DNA of 64,000 nt from Eledone cirrhosa (taxonomy: Eukaryota). Both the position numbers and the translations under genes were made by a program. Below the pieces are notes generated by a model. The model ran no database searches, had not been told where the DNA came from, and worked only from the letters and a program-made list of their open reading frames with translations. Position 1 is the first letter of the stretch. Every line of letters starts with the position of its first letter. The DNA lies in NCBI GenBank assembly GCA_964016885.1, contig OZ024753.1, positions 6,262,001-6,326,000 of the forward strand, given 5' to 3'. Below are positions 13,690-27,140 of the stretch, piece by piece.

Positions 13690-14365
13690 TGGGTTCATGC
13701 AGAAGTTAGGTGCGCAGCCTATAGTCCAACCGAGGGAGACAGTGACGTAAGTGTGGAAGAGTTCCATGAGGAGGTGTGTAGAGCTGTCAACACCATCCGA
13801 GCACACAACATCCTGATTGTTTTGGGGGACTTCAATGCACATCTGAGTAAGGAGGGCAGTGAAGATCCTTGATGGTACTTCCATAACACCACCAACCGAA
13901 ATGGAAGACTACTGAGAGACACCCTGCTCGAGGTGAACTTGATACCGACCAACCTAAGGTTTAGGAAGGATCCGGGAAAGATGTGGACCTACATCTCAGA
14001 TATGCACCTGTCCAAGTCCCAGATTGATTTCATTCTGGTGAGGAAAAATTGGCGGAATAGTGTTCTGAACACAGAACCATACAACTATTTCAGTACACTG
14101 GGTAGTGACCACCGGCTTGTTATGAGTGAGGTCCGGGTGAGCTTAAGAAAGAGCAAGGCTCAGCCCCGGAGAGCAATCTATGACTGGGGGGATTTCAAGG
14201 AAGATAAGCTACAGGAGAGGTTCACAGTGGAAGTGAGGAACAGGTTCAGTGCTCTGTGTGGAGAGACAGAGGAGAGAGAGATTGGATGAACTGAGGAGAG
14301 TGTTACGAAGAGGTATGGGCACTTCACCAATGCAGTGGTGGAAGCAAGTGAGACCCTGGTGCCGA
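13690..14365 (+). pseudogene. LINE apurinic-like endonuclease (APE) domain fragment, RTE-related group
   Basis: AYSPT...IVLGDFNAHL...TNRNGRLL...SQIDFILVRKNWRNSV...GSDHRLV...RFTVEVRNRFSAL; one in-frame stop at ~13870. Confidence 0.9.
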
Positions 14366-14569
14366 TACATGTTTATATCCAAAGTCCCCTATTGACCATT
14401 TGAAAACATTGTCCTTTCTAAATATATTATTTTAAACAATATTTTACGAAATATTACTTGTGATTTTGTTTTACTAAATTTATTCTCATGTTTACTCTTT
14501 CGTTTCTAGCTTTCCAAACCAAATCGTAAACTTATTTTTCTTGTATGATATGCACTCAAATGTGATAGG

Positions 14570-14960
14570 AGACGTGTCCTCTCAGAAGCAACCGTCTCCA
14601 ACTGATCCGGCTGGGTCTCCTGCTGGTTAGATTTGCCGGTAAAATTGGTCCAGTGATTCTTTCCTGAGACATTCTAACCACATGCCAATGATATTTAGAG
14701 CTGTGATCTCTCAATTGGGAGAAGTAGCAGCTCTATCTGGAGTGTCTCAGATCTCCGAGCTATACACTCTATCGACTAAAGTTACTGTAAAACACTTCAG
14801 AGGAACACCGTTTGTATTTGCGATCGTATTTTGTTCATTACCCAAGATTCATGACCATACGTAAGGGTTGACATGAATACTGAATTGAAGATAGTGAGTT
14901 TGGCTTTTACACCTACCCCCTTTCTTATGATTACCGAATGCTGAAGTTAGTATAAGCCCT
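14570..14960 (-). pseudogene. RTE-clade LINE RT C-terminal remnant
   Basis: Minus strand KAKLTIFNSVFMSTLTYGHESWVM ... LLLPIERSQL*YHWHVVRMSQERI. Confidence 0.7.
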
Positions 14961-15022
14961 GCAGTTTAATATTCAAAACCATACTGCATAGAATACTATA
15001 CAGACAGATCAACAGAAGTTAA

Positions 15023-15520
15023 AACGTAGATCAAATAATTGTTTTTACTTTTGGCACTAGGCCAGCAATTAACCCAGTGCATTAGATACTTTATTTTATC
15101 GATCCTGTAAGGATGAAAGGCAAAGTTAACTTCGGTGGGATTTCAACTCGGATGGTAAATTTGAATTTGAACGTAGATGAAATAATGATTTCTAGTATAG
15201 GCACAACGTCAGTAATTAATTTTCTTTTTTTTGGGGGGGTGCTTTATTTTATCGACCCCGTAAGGATGAAAGGCAAACTAATCCCCGGTGGGATTTGATC
15301 TCAGACCGTAAAGGACCGTAACTCAATGCTGAAAAACATGCTGCCTGGCTCTACCGATACGGACTCTACCGATACAATTCACCGCCCTTGAACGTAGATC
15401 AAATAATTGTTTCTACTTTAGGCACAAGGCCAACAATTACCCAGTGCATTATTGGTACTTTATTTTATCGACCCCGTAAGGATGAAAGGCTAAGTCAACC
15501 TCGGCCGTAGATCAAATAAT
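15023..15520 (-). mobile_element. Three consecutive partial SINE copies separated by a repeated ~17-bp motif
   Basis: SINE pieces at ~15035-15160, 15185-15388 and 15403-15505. The motif AACGTAGAT(C/G)AAATAAT occurs at 15023, 15170, 15391 and (partial) 15506. Confidence 0.85.
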
Positions 15521-15804
15521 GACGTCAATTTTTTAATACGTCGGTTAAACGAATGTCGATGTACAGTATCATGTATTTGAATATTTTGACATCCCTATAC
15601 GAATTCAGCAATGTAGTTTCTTTAATATTAATAACATTTTCGAGAGTAGATGTTGGTGTTTTCCAAGTACAGTTAAGCCAGCTAAAACACAAGCCATCAA
15701 TCATTTGAAATATAAAACAATACTTTGCTGGAAACAGAATGGAATATATCTGATTTATAAGTGTGTGATGTCTATCTCTTGAGACACTCACTCCCCCATA
15801 TATA

Positions 15805-15839
<35 letters not shown>

Positions 15840-16011
15840 ATATATATATACAGAATGTATGTTTATTTATATATATATATATATATATAATATATATATA
15901 TACACAGAATGTATATATATATGTATGTATGTTGATATATATATATATATATATACACAGAATGTATATATATATATATGTTGATATATATATACAAAAT
16001 GTATCTATATT

Positions 16012-16048
<37 letters not shown>

Positions 16049-16107
16049 AAATTGCAAGTATTTATATATATACATATATTTATACACAAAGTGTATGTAT
16101 ATTTATA

Positions 16108-16139
<32 letters not shown>

Positions 16140-16412
16140 GTATATTTATAATATATATAGTATAGATAGATATAGATAAAACTGTGTGTGGGTGGTGTGT
16201 ATACACAGAAAAAGAGAGATAGGTAGATGCGTAAATAAACGTAAAATTATACATACATATACATATATATATATTTATTTGTGTGTCGATATGTATATAT
16301 GCGAAGAAATCTATATATTCACATTAATCATTTTCTATCCTTTATATTTTATATTTACGTGGCCATCTACACAGAAACACACACACACTATATGTATATA
16401 TATATATATATA

Positions 16413-16570
16413 TAACGAAGAGGGTGTGGTAAGATACCAGGTGGACCATAATGCACCAGAGTACTCAATCCTTAGAGTAGTAATGTGGATAATAGGAAAA
16501 GAGTCAGGACCCCGACGGCTCTTTCTGTCGAAATGGCAGGAGCTCACCCGTTGGGGTCCTGACTCTTTTT

Positions 16571-16572
<2 letters not shown>
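16413..16572 (-). mobile_element. Short non-autonomous PLE-like repeat (half-hammerhead family) with terminal fold-back
   Basis: Same tail as the 43.7- and 45.3-kb copies (GAGTACTCTGGTGCATTATGGTCCACCTGG on the minus strand). Inverted repeat GGAAAAGAGTCAGGACCCC / GGGGTCCTGACTCTTTTTCC at 16495-16572. Flanked by (TA)n. Confidence 0.75.
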
Positions 16573-16621
<49 letters not shown>

Positions 16622-16632
16622 TATACACACAC

Positions 16633-16663
<31 letters not shown>

Positions 16664-16804
16664 TATATATATATATACACACACACATATATATATATAC
16701 ACACATATATATATATATATATACACATATATATATATACACATATATATATATATACACATATATATATATATATACACACATATATATATATATATAC
16801 ACAC

Positions 16805-16835
<31 letters not shown>

Positions 16836-16854
16836 TATTTATATATATATACAC

Positions 16855-16887
<33 letters not shown>

Positions 16888-16918
16888 CATATATACATAT
16901 ATATATATATATACACAC

Positions 16919-16963
<45 letters not shown>

Positions 16964-16968
16964 CACAC

Positions 16969-16999
<31 letters not shown>

Positions 17000-17048
17000 T
17001 ATATATATATACACACATATATATATACACACATATATATATATATAT

Positions 17049-17135
<87 letters not shown>

Positions 17136-17140
17136 CATAC
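16573..17140. repeat. Compound (TA)n/(CA)n microsatellite
   Basis: Direct reading of the sequence. Confidence 0.97.
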
Positions 17141-17818
17141 AAATGGAAGGTTAGTAAAATCGAAAATTGAAAACTGCGGCAAGCAAGCCATTGCCACATA
17201 ATACATCAAAGCAACGAAAATACATTCAGGTTAGATATATTTTTTATATATATATATATATATATAGTTAGGAGATTGTATATGTGCTTTACTGTGTAAG
17301 CATGTGTGTGTGCCGTTGTTCGACTTTGCGTACATCGGGTCACTAGTATAGCTAGGTACTGAATGGTACGGTGTCAGAAACTGCGGCCATCATTGAGACA
17401 ATCTATTTTACATAATTGTTTTAACAACTCGATGTGCATAAACTTATAGACACAGATGGATATACATACATACTAGTTTCTCGACACTTGCAAATAAATA
17501 GTGACGTGAACACTAATTTTACTGGTGTAATAGTGTATATAGTAGTGTATATAGTAGTGTGTTTATGGAGGCTAACCAAAGATAAACAAAACAGTTCTGA
17601 AACGGATAAACAATGACTGAGAAATAACTGAGACATCTAATTCAATGGACGACGTTTAATTCCATCAGAACAACAATGCACATACTGACGCCCACCATGT
17701 ATATATATATGTATGTATATATATATATATATATATATATAGGAAAAAGTATGACCCCGACGGCAGAGCTCAATCCGTTTCGACGGTATATACTTTCAAC
17801 CATCTGGCAGGAAGGTAT

Positions 17819-17861
17819 ACGATGCTGACGATAGCTAATAAGCTTGAAACTAGTACATCGT
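17819..17861 (+). ncRNA. Type I minimal hammerhead ribozyme motif
   Basis: Stem I ACGATG/CATCGT; core CTGACGA (17825-17831); stem II AGCT-AATA-AGCT; GAA + palindromic ACTAGT; predicted cleavage after GTA (A17855). Confidence 0.85.
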
Positions 17862-17879
17862 TCCTGTGTCAGTGTTGAA

Positions 17880-18860
17880 CAAAAAGGTGACATGGTATAA
17901 CCCTCCGTACTCGGTAGCTCCACGTACCAGCCTGGCTAGAAAATTCTTTAGAGTACAGTACTGGATAAATGTTTCCCTAGGGCCCACAAGTACTATAATA
18001 TATTCAACAGGCACACGGTGAAACTTTCCTAGCCCAGCACATAGCTGGCATAAATAGGAATAGACACTAATACCACCGTAAACCGCGGAGACACCCAACT
18101 GAACCAGCACGCGGGACGCACCAGAACCCGGATAAGCCCAACTAGCACACCGGGACCCAACGACCTTGTGCTGATTGCGGAGGCTACCCAGCCAACCCTG
18201 AGTGATGGTAACCACGCGGTACATGTGGTGGGGCTTATGAAGTCATGTAATTGTAGAGACCCACCATTATGCCCTCTTGGTAATCAATGCATGACGAAAA
18301 ACGTAGTCTACAGGTGAAAGGTCACAACCCCTAACTCGGAGCACCACTACATAGGATCCACAGCGACGAGCTTCAAAGATAGGTGGTATAACCATCGCCA
18401 TTCCTTTAACAGAATAAATAAGAGGAAATGTACGGCCCTTTCTGAATAGATCTGGAAGCTCAAACGTGAAAGACCCTGCACTCTCTGGTCTGGTCCGTGG
18501 TTAGAAAGGTTCCCCCAGACAGAGGCGGGTCTGGTATTTGCAACCTCTGTCTTAGTGAGACACTCGAGATACTTCATGGCTGAACCAAGCTATTAAACAG
18601 AAGGGCCGACTTATTCGGTGCCTGCAGACACCTAAGGACGGGAACTTCCTCAAGCTATATGGATAAACCCCGGTTAAGGCCTCCCACAACGCCCCCACCC
18701 CCTGTAGGTCACCTGCATCCCGCAGGTTCCCTACACCTCGCACCAATGTCCAATGGACAACAACAACCACATAGTTTGTGGTTACTATGGTGGATGGTCC
18801 ACTGGATCCTCTACTGGTTAGGAGTCATGAAAACCACGTTTTATTGAACCTGATGACCCC
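17880..18860 (+). mobile_element. 5'-truncated Penelope-like retroelement (Naiad-type): RT thumb, Cys-rich linker, GIY-YIG endonuclease
   Basis: KVTWYNPPYS...LARKFF...LDKCFPRAHKYYNIFNRHTVKLS; SCNCRDPPLCPLGNQCMTKNVVYR*KVT...HYIGSTATSFKDRWYNHRHSF...LSE*IWKLK; CNLCLSETLEIL...LLNRRADLFGACRH. Contains frameshifts and stops. Confidence 0.9.
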
Positions 18861-19002
18861 CCCGCCCCCGCAGCGGCCACGCAGGAAGAACAATTATCCC
18901 AAGGTACTAACCCTATACGCATAATGAGTGCACGCAACTGTGCATTGTGTGTGTATACTGGGACACACTCATGTGAACGCAACGTAATACTAATACCCCA
19001 GG

Positions 19003-19121
19003 TATAATATATATATATATATATATTATATTATATATATATATTATATTATATATATATATTATATTATATATATATATATATAATATATATATATAAT
19101 ATATATATATATATAATATAT

Positions 19122-19153
<32 letters not shown>

Positions 19154-19159
19154 ATATAT

Positions 19160-19190
<31 letters not shown>

Positions 19191-19247
19191 ATATATATAT
19201 ATATACAATATATATATATATATAATATAATATATATATATATATAT

Positions 19248-19279
<32 letters not shown>

Positions 19280-19349
19280 AATATATATATATATATAATA
19301 TATATATAATATATATATATATATAATATATATATATATAATATATATA

Positions 19350-19394
<45 letters not shown>

Positions 19395-19473
19395 AATATA
19401 TATATATATATAATATATATATAATATATATATATATATAATATATATATATATAATATATATATATATATAT

Positions 19474-19505
<32 letters not shown>

Positions 19506-19580
19506 AATATATATATATATATTATATATATATAATATATATATATATTATATATATAATATATATATTATATATATATA

Positions 19581-19625
<45 letters not shown>

Positions 19626-19948
19626 TGTATACATAATATATATATATATAATATATATGTATACATAATATATATATATATAATATATATGTATACATAT
19701 ACATAATATATATATATATATATATAATATATATAATATATATGTATACATAATATATATATATATAATATATATATATAATATATATATATATATAATA
19801 TATATGTATACATAATATATATATATATATAATATATATATATATATAATATATATGTATACATAATATATATATATATAATATATATGTATACATAATA
19901 TATATATATATATAATATATATATATATATAATATATATGTATACATA

Positions 19949-19980
<32 letters not shown>

Positions 19981-20575
19981 TATATATATAATATATATGT
20001 ATACATAATATATATATATATAATATATATGTATACATAATATATATATATATATAATATATATATATATATAATATATATGTATACATAATATATATAT
20101 ATATAATATATATGTATACATAATATATATATATATATAATATATATATATATATAATATATATGTATACATAATATATATATATATAATATATATGTAT
20201 ACATAATATATATATATATATAATATATATATATATATAATATATATGTATACATAATATATATATATATAATATATATGTATACATAATATATATATAT
20301 ATATAATATATATATATATATAATATATATATATATATAATATATATGTATACATAATATATATATATATATAATATATATATATATATAATATATATGT
20401 ATACATAATATATATATATATATAATATATATATATATATAATATATATGTATACATAATATATATATATATAATATATATGTATACATAATATATATAT
20501 ATATAATATATATGTATACATAATATATATATATATATAATATATATGTATACATAATATATATATATATATATT
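19003..20575. repeat. ~1.57-kb almost pure A/T satellite: interrupted (TA)n, then a higher-order unit containing TATGTATACATA
   Basis: Direct reading. The 12-bp palindrome TATGTATACATA recurs from ~19625 to ~20555. Confidence 0.97.
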
Positions 20576-21869
20576 CACATGGCCATTTTGAGTGGCGTAT
20601 AATGGTGATACAAGAAAAATAGAAAATATTTTTACGCTTTTAAGCTTTATATTCCTTTCCTCTGTTTTATCATATGAGGAAATGGTTCACTGAAGACTTT
20701 AACATTTACTGTATGGAAAGTGATGTCAAAATAAGTTTGTCATAGATTTACTCAAAGGAGAACTATTGTTTAGTTATAAAACTACACAATTTAAAATATA
20801 AATATAAATTTAAACATTTTCCAGCTCAAATTTCCTGGTTATTTTGCTGTTTCTTATTTTCTAGTATTTCACCTTTGTTTTCAATCTTTATAACCAGCAA
20901 TTTTGCAATTACCTTCTTTGAATTTCTTATTATTTATTATTTCTTCTACTCATGTTATACATTTATTTCCATTTTATTTTTCTTCTCACATTGATTTTCT
21001 TTACGACTTGTAGTTCCTTATTATACACATACTTTTTCTTGATATTTATTACTTTATTCCATTCGCTACTTCTCTCCTTCCATGTTTCCGTTATAAAAAT
21101 GTTCTCTTTTATTTTTTTTCTCTGGGAGTCACTTACTAAGGCTTCTTTTTCTCTATCAGTTTGTTTTTCACCATTTGTTGTGATACTTCTATTCTTTATT
21201 AAACTTTATGTGACAGCATTCTAGTTTCGTTTTAAGGCAAATTTAAATCGAAAAAGAACAAAGTAACGTTTTTACAGGCTTAAATGAATTTTTGAATGAC
21301 ATTCTCGGAAACTGAATGCAACAGTACATAATAAAAAGAAACCATATAGATTAGTATCGCATTTCTCTTGATCTGATAAGGAATAAAAATAAAATTGGCA
21401 TGGCTTTCTTTTTAAGCTAGATGAGAATTTTATGACTCTCTTTTATTCCCTATATGGTTGTAAATATAGAGGCCATTATAGGACTTGCTAAGATACATCC
21501 AATATTAACTTGCTGGAGTATGTCTACTGATGAGAGTTACCCTAGGGCTAAATAAATTATCCCTATATCAATCCAGTGTCATTTATCTCCCAATAAGAGG
21601 TATTATAGATGTCTAAATTCCACCAGGACCGAGGTTGTCTGAATCTTATTTTATCACTAATAATAAAGCATTCTGAACAAACTGGTAAATAGAATTATTT
21701 TGGTGGACCATTCCAAATAATGAATATTAACATATGATGTGTGTCAGAAAAGAAACAGGACTGGTGTCGCCAACAAATATTTCAAATCCAAACAAATTTT
21801 CCCCTTCGAAATAATATCCCACGAGTCTAACGCAGTTTTCCCTCCTCTGTCATGCCTCTATATCACTCC

Positions 21870-22130
21870 TGTGGTGCGATGTATCTTTCAGCAAGACACT
21901 TTATTTCACGTTGCTCCAGTCCACTCAGCTGGCAAAAATGACTTGTACCTGTAATTCGAATGGTTAGTCTTGTCACGTTCGGAGTCACGCTAAAACTCTC
22001 AGAGAACTACGTTAAGAGTACGCGTGTCTGTGGAAGGCTCAGCCTCTTGCATGTTAATTTCACGAGCAGGCTGTTCCATTGATCGGATTAATTGGAACAC
22101 ACGTAGTCGTAAGGGACGGAGTGCCAGTCA
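21870..22130 (+). mobile_element. 5'-truncated CORE-type SINE with an alternative 3' region
   Basis: GCAAGACACTTTATTTCACGTTGCTCCAGTCCACTCAGCTG is shared with the 4254 and 32262 copies, followed by a different tail ending GTCGTAAGGGACGGAGTGCCAG. Confidence 0.7.
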
Positions 22131-22467
22131 GTCATATATATATATGACGTGAGTCTACATGAGGAGCTTTCGATTCCAGAGTCAGGAACGAACATAATTC
22201 GATCGTTCCTCGAGCTGATCGTCATGGAAACATGTGTAATATATATGATGCATTACTGATTCTATTTATCATATTTTTTTTATTATTACTATTAATATTA
22301 TTATTATAATATATATATAAGATAGCATAGTATCGTCTTCCTGTCTTCCTCCGGTTGCAACGTTTTTTTAAATATCCACTTCTGCGTTTACAGATTGACT
22401 TTGTTAGTTTCAGGAGATCCCGTTAATGCTGAAAGCAGCGATTCTTTGCTTAAACTTTAATCTGTTA

Positions 22468-22521
<54 letters not shown>

Positions 22522-24171
22522 AATTTGTCGGTTATTAAATTGCCATAACCATTACGAATCATTTTAGTCTAAGTATTGAACCATTATTATTTCTTTAGTA
22601 AAGGAAGATATATTGTAGATTATTGATGAAGAAAATACCCTGGATTACTTAAATCAAAATATCTCTCTCCTCTTGTACGGGTGTATAAAATGATTTGCTG
22701 ATATTCTAAAATTGGTTTCTGTACGTAGCATTATAATATATATAAGAAACTTTACTTCCTCTAACATTTGATATTAATCCAAAATTTCTAAGAGAGTTTT
22801 ATAACAGCTCGGTACACAACACCACCAAGAGCAACAATGACGACGATAATAATAATAATGATGATAATAATGATAATGACAACAATGGTGATAATAATGA
22901 CCATTTTCTATGAGGTATTTTTGTTTCGTTTTAAACAGTAAATAGTTTTAAGTGTGTACTGGTCAGACATCAAATTCCTTTCGTCCGTAGTTATAATGAA
23001 TCTGTGTGTTGAAAAGACGAATAAACATTCAGATTGTCGCTTAGCAATGATTGGGCATTCAGCAAATTCTTGCAAACACAAACGCTATACTAAGTCACTT
23101 TTATTATTCACTGACTTGCTTCAGAAGCCATCTGTAAGTTTCCATTTCACTGGTTTTTCAGAAACTCTAACAGGGAAACGCAAGTGTTTATATCTGAGGT
23201 TTATAGATCAAATATATCTTATTGCTTCTTGTCATGGCCTCACGATGAAATTCCGTAACCGGGTGATGTGCAGTTTTCCGTTCTCCTCGAGGGAGAGATG
23301 TATCGAAAGAGATAGATAGATAGATATATAGAGAGAGGGCGGAAATACAGAGAATTGAAGAGGGGAAGTGAGGAAAAGCAGTGATAATGAGAGAGGAAGA
23401 GAAGAGAGAAATAGAAGAGGGAAGTGAGAAAAGGCAGTGAGAGAAGGAGAAATAGAAGAGTAATGAAAAGCAGTGATAATGAGAGAGGAAGAGAAGGAGA
23501 GAAATAGAAAAGGGGAGTGAGGGATAGCAGTGAAAATGAGATAGAAAAGGGAGATATATAGAAAAAATGGGTGAAAATAAATTATATAAATTGGAGACGA
23601 AAGAGAAAAGCGCAAGAGAGAAGAGCAGAAATAAAGAGATAAAGATAGGGAAGAAACGGGTAATACAATATTCAAGTAAGATAGAAATGAAGATCAAGAA
23701 ATAAAGGTAGAGAGACAGAAAGAAAAGATATATGGATAGGAAGAAAGAAATGAAATAATAAAAGCCAAATAGGGGTAAGCTGGAAGAAACTTATAAACTA
23801 AGGAAGTAAGAGAGAAATGAGACATCGAAAATCTTTTAGATTTCCTTGTGTTCTACAATCTATGAGAAAATAGCTTGGAGTAGATTACGAAAATAAAACA
23901 TGGTATCCTAAATAATAATAAATACTAAACTACATTGAATACAAAAGTAATATAAAAAGACAGTCAACGAAATAACTATGTGTATACAGCAGATATTTTT
24001 TTTCGACATCTTACAATTGACTGACTTACATAAATATTCGTCAATTGATAGTAAGCAAAAATTAATAGATTTCACCGTAAAAAGAATCGATTCTATACGC
24101 TTATATTTCATTGCCAGCAGTTTCACTTTTTCGATCAGTGAACCACCCTTTGGTATATATCTATACACACC

Positions 24172-24247
<76 letters not shown>

Positions 24248-24293
24248 CAACTCTCAATCTCCTGCTGAACTCACGCATACATATGCACTTATA

Positions 24294-24335
<42 letters not shown>

Positions 24336-24598
24336 CACATTTGGGCACACACGGATGAGTATAAGACTCAACACATAATCTATAAACTGAGAATATTTAC
24401 ATTATGTGTGATTTATTTATTTGGGTGGGGGTGACATTACGTAAAGGCTTTGTAATTTTACATTTATCCAGCATTCTCAGACGCGAAAGAGCACAAGTTA
24501 ATTTGAGGGGGAATGTGCATTGCACATGTCTTTTCAGCACTCTTGTTTTGTGTGTCAAGATAGCAAAACACCTACTGATTTGTCCGTATCCTCTCTCA

Positions 24599-24679
<81 letters not shown>

Positions 24680-25726
24680 TCTCTCGCTCTCACTCTTTCT
24701 CTCGCTCTCACTATCTCTCTCCCTCGCTCTCACTCTTTCTCTCTCTCTCTCTGTCTCTCCCTCGCTATTTTTCTCTATCTCTCTATCTCTCTTTCTCCTT
24801 CTCTCTATCTATCTCTTTCTATCCCACGCTCTCTCCCTTCTCTTTTTGTCCATCTCTCTATCTCTCTATATAATGTTATTTTTGTTGTTGTTGATGTTTT
24901 TTATTGTTTTTATTATTATTATGACCACCATCAGTTGCAGCAGGTGCATCCTCATCAACAACCCCATAATCCCTATTCAACACCTCTTTTTCTTTTCCTC
25001 AAACCTCACCTTACCTCACGTGTACTTTCAAACGGTGTTCACGATGATCGTAATGGTATTCCATATATTATTTTCCTGAATCAATTTCTCTAAAATATTC
25101 CTGTAAAACCATTAATTCAATAACCTATGCAAATTTTATATATTGAAAATTATTGCATTTTATATTTTCCTTTTATTACACATCTGACAATCATTATATT
25201 TCCTTTATTTTACTGCAATTGGCCTTCTTTTTATGACTGTTGTGCATACTCGCATGCACGTGGCTTTACTTTTATGACTTGTGCGCATACTGGCATGCAC
25301 ATAATTTTTGAACAATTTAGTTACATTTGAAATTTAAATAAGAAACGCATGAAATAATATTGAGCAAATGTCAAAAGAATGTCATTTTCATATTGTATAA
25401 ATTAACCTCTAACATATTTTTAAAAAAATCAAAATTACATTCTGCTTCTGCTAACAAACTTATTCTAATATAATATCTAAATATCAGCTGTATGTGTGAT
25501 TCATTGTTTCTGTTCAGATCTTTGAAGCTGGAATTTGCTGAAAATGCGATTTTGTTGAACTGACATTCAAATACCATTGGGAACCAAGCAGATATTAATG
25601 TGTGCATATATATTTAGAATAATATAGGAGAGTCGGTTGTGAGTTACGGAGATGAGGCAGTTAATTCTACCAAAATCGAGATAATTTATTAACACACTTT
25701 CTTTTGCTACTATAAACATCTATAAA

Positions 25727-25918
25727 TACGATGGTGGGCTGAAAATCTCATAGACAGTATACGAAGAATGGATGCTAGGCCTGAGAAATCTTGCATGCCT
25801 TAAAGTCAACTCTTCCTATTCATAATTACATTCTCTTTCCAAGGATATGCTGAAAAATAAACCCCATGTACTCATTCCATGAGAGTATCTTGGTCAACCT
25901 TTTCAGCTAACGTTCGTA
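25727..25918. mobile_element. Mariner-like MITE (related degenerate copy at ~9900-10140; partial duplication 25925-26020)
   Basis: Imperfect TIRs TACGATGGTGGGCTGAAAA / TTTTCAGCTAACGTTCGTA with flanking TA. Internal TGAGAGTATCTTGGTCA is shared with ~10036. Confidence 0.55.
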
Positions 25919-26239
25919 TAATAAGTGCATTCTTTCTTTCCAAGGACTATGCTGAAAAATAAACCTCATTTGGTAATTCCATGAGAGTATTTCATTCAAT
26001 GAAACCTTTCAGTTGACGCTAGGACATCAGAGAACAGAATTGAAAAAGAGCCATGAACGGTGAACTCACCGGAACAGTTTAAGTATTAGATTCACACAAA
26101 TATCGAATTAATGCCAGGCAATCGTTCAATGTGTGATGTTTTTCTTCGTATTTTAGATTTGGAATATAACGCGAACTCACACACAGTTAATAAACGTTAA
26201 AATACTAGTAACTTAGACCCACGAATATCTGTCGTTGTA

Positions 26240-26480
26240 CGTAAAAGGATAGTAAAATGTGCTGGCCGCTACCCTCGTGCCACCTCTAAGACTGTGTCTC
26301 TATTAGTGCTTTGGAAACCATAAGCAGTCGCAAATAACAGGGGGTGCAATCTCTCCTATCCCGATGTCATCTCCAGATATTCTGGTATTGAAATCCAGGA
26401 CTTGGCAACGGGAATGAACAACAGATCGATGTGGAAATCAATTGTTGAGTAGATTTCGGCTGAGGCCGCCGGATAATGAA
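26240..26480 (+). pseudogene. RTE-related LINE extreme 3' ORF remnant
   Basis: AGRYPRATSKTVSLLVLWKP ... SYPDVISRYSGIEIQDLATGMNNRSMWKSIV. Confidence 0.55.
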
Positions 26481-26962
26481 CACCCATTAATGACGTTATC
26501 AAATAAGAGAATGTTTTTTTTTCAAAAAATATTTAAACATCATTTCGACAGGTAAATGGCAGTGGATTAGCAATATCGCTTTGGTGTTGGACAACGTACT
26601 TTGCTGAGAGGAATTACGGCATTTTACCTTCTGAGTGAAAATTCTACCGAGGTTAGCTTTGCTTTTCATCATTACGTACCAGTAACGCACTGGGGTCGAT
26701 TTAATTGATTCCCCCCCAACCCCCAAATTGTACGCATTGTGCCAAAATAAGAAACCATTCTTTGGACGGAGAATTTTACGCAAAGATATAGCTTTGTTAC
26801 ATAGCCCAATTTTATATCGATCTTTATTTTCTCTCACTTAACTACTTTTGAAGAAGTTATCTTGTATCCTTTTGGTTTACTTTTTTATTACTAGCACAAT
26901 TGCAATTCATATCACATCCACGTGTCTCTCTATATCATATTAGCATTCGTATCTATATTAAA

Positions 26963-27140
26963 ATAATTGTTTCTACTTTTGACACAAGGCCAGCAATTAT
27001 GCCAGTGTATTACTGGTACTTTATTTTATCGACCCCATAAGGGAAAGTTAACCTCGGCAGGATTTGAACTCAGACCATAAAGGGCCGTAACTCTTTGCTG
27101 CAAAGCATGGCGTCCGACCCTCTACCGATACTGTCAATCC
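26963..27140 (-). mobile_element. Dominant SINE
   Basis: Reverse-complement consensus match with a small internal deletion. Confidence 0.88.

Noticed and set aside
15023-15520. CRISPR-like repeat-spacer array
   Set aside because: The 'spacers' are 100-200-bp SINE fragments in eukaryotic DNA, and there are no cas genes.
22954-23319. 121-aa ORF with an internal AG...GTAAGT exon-like segment
   Set aside because: No recognisable domain; such splice-like signals arise by chance in AT-rich DNA.
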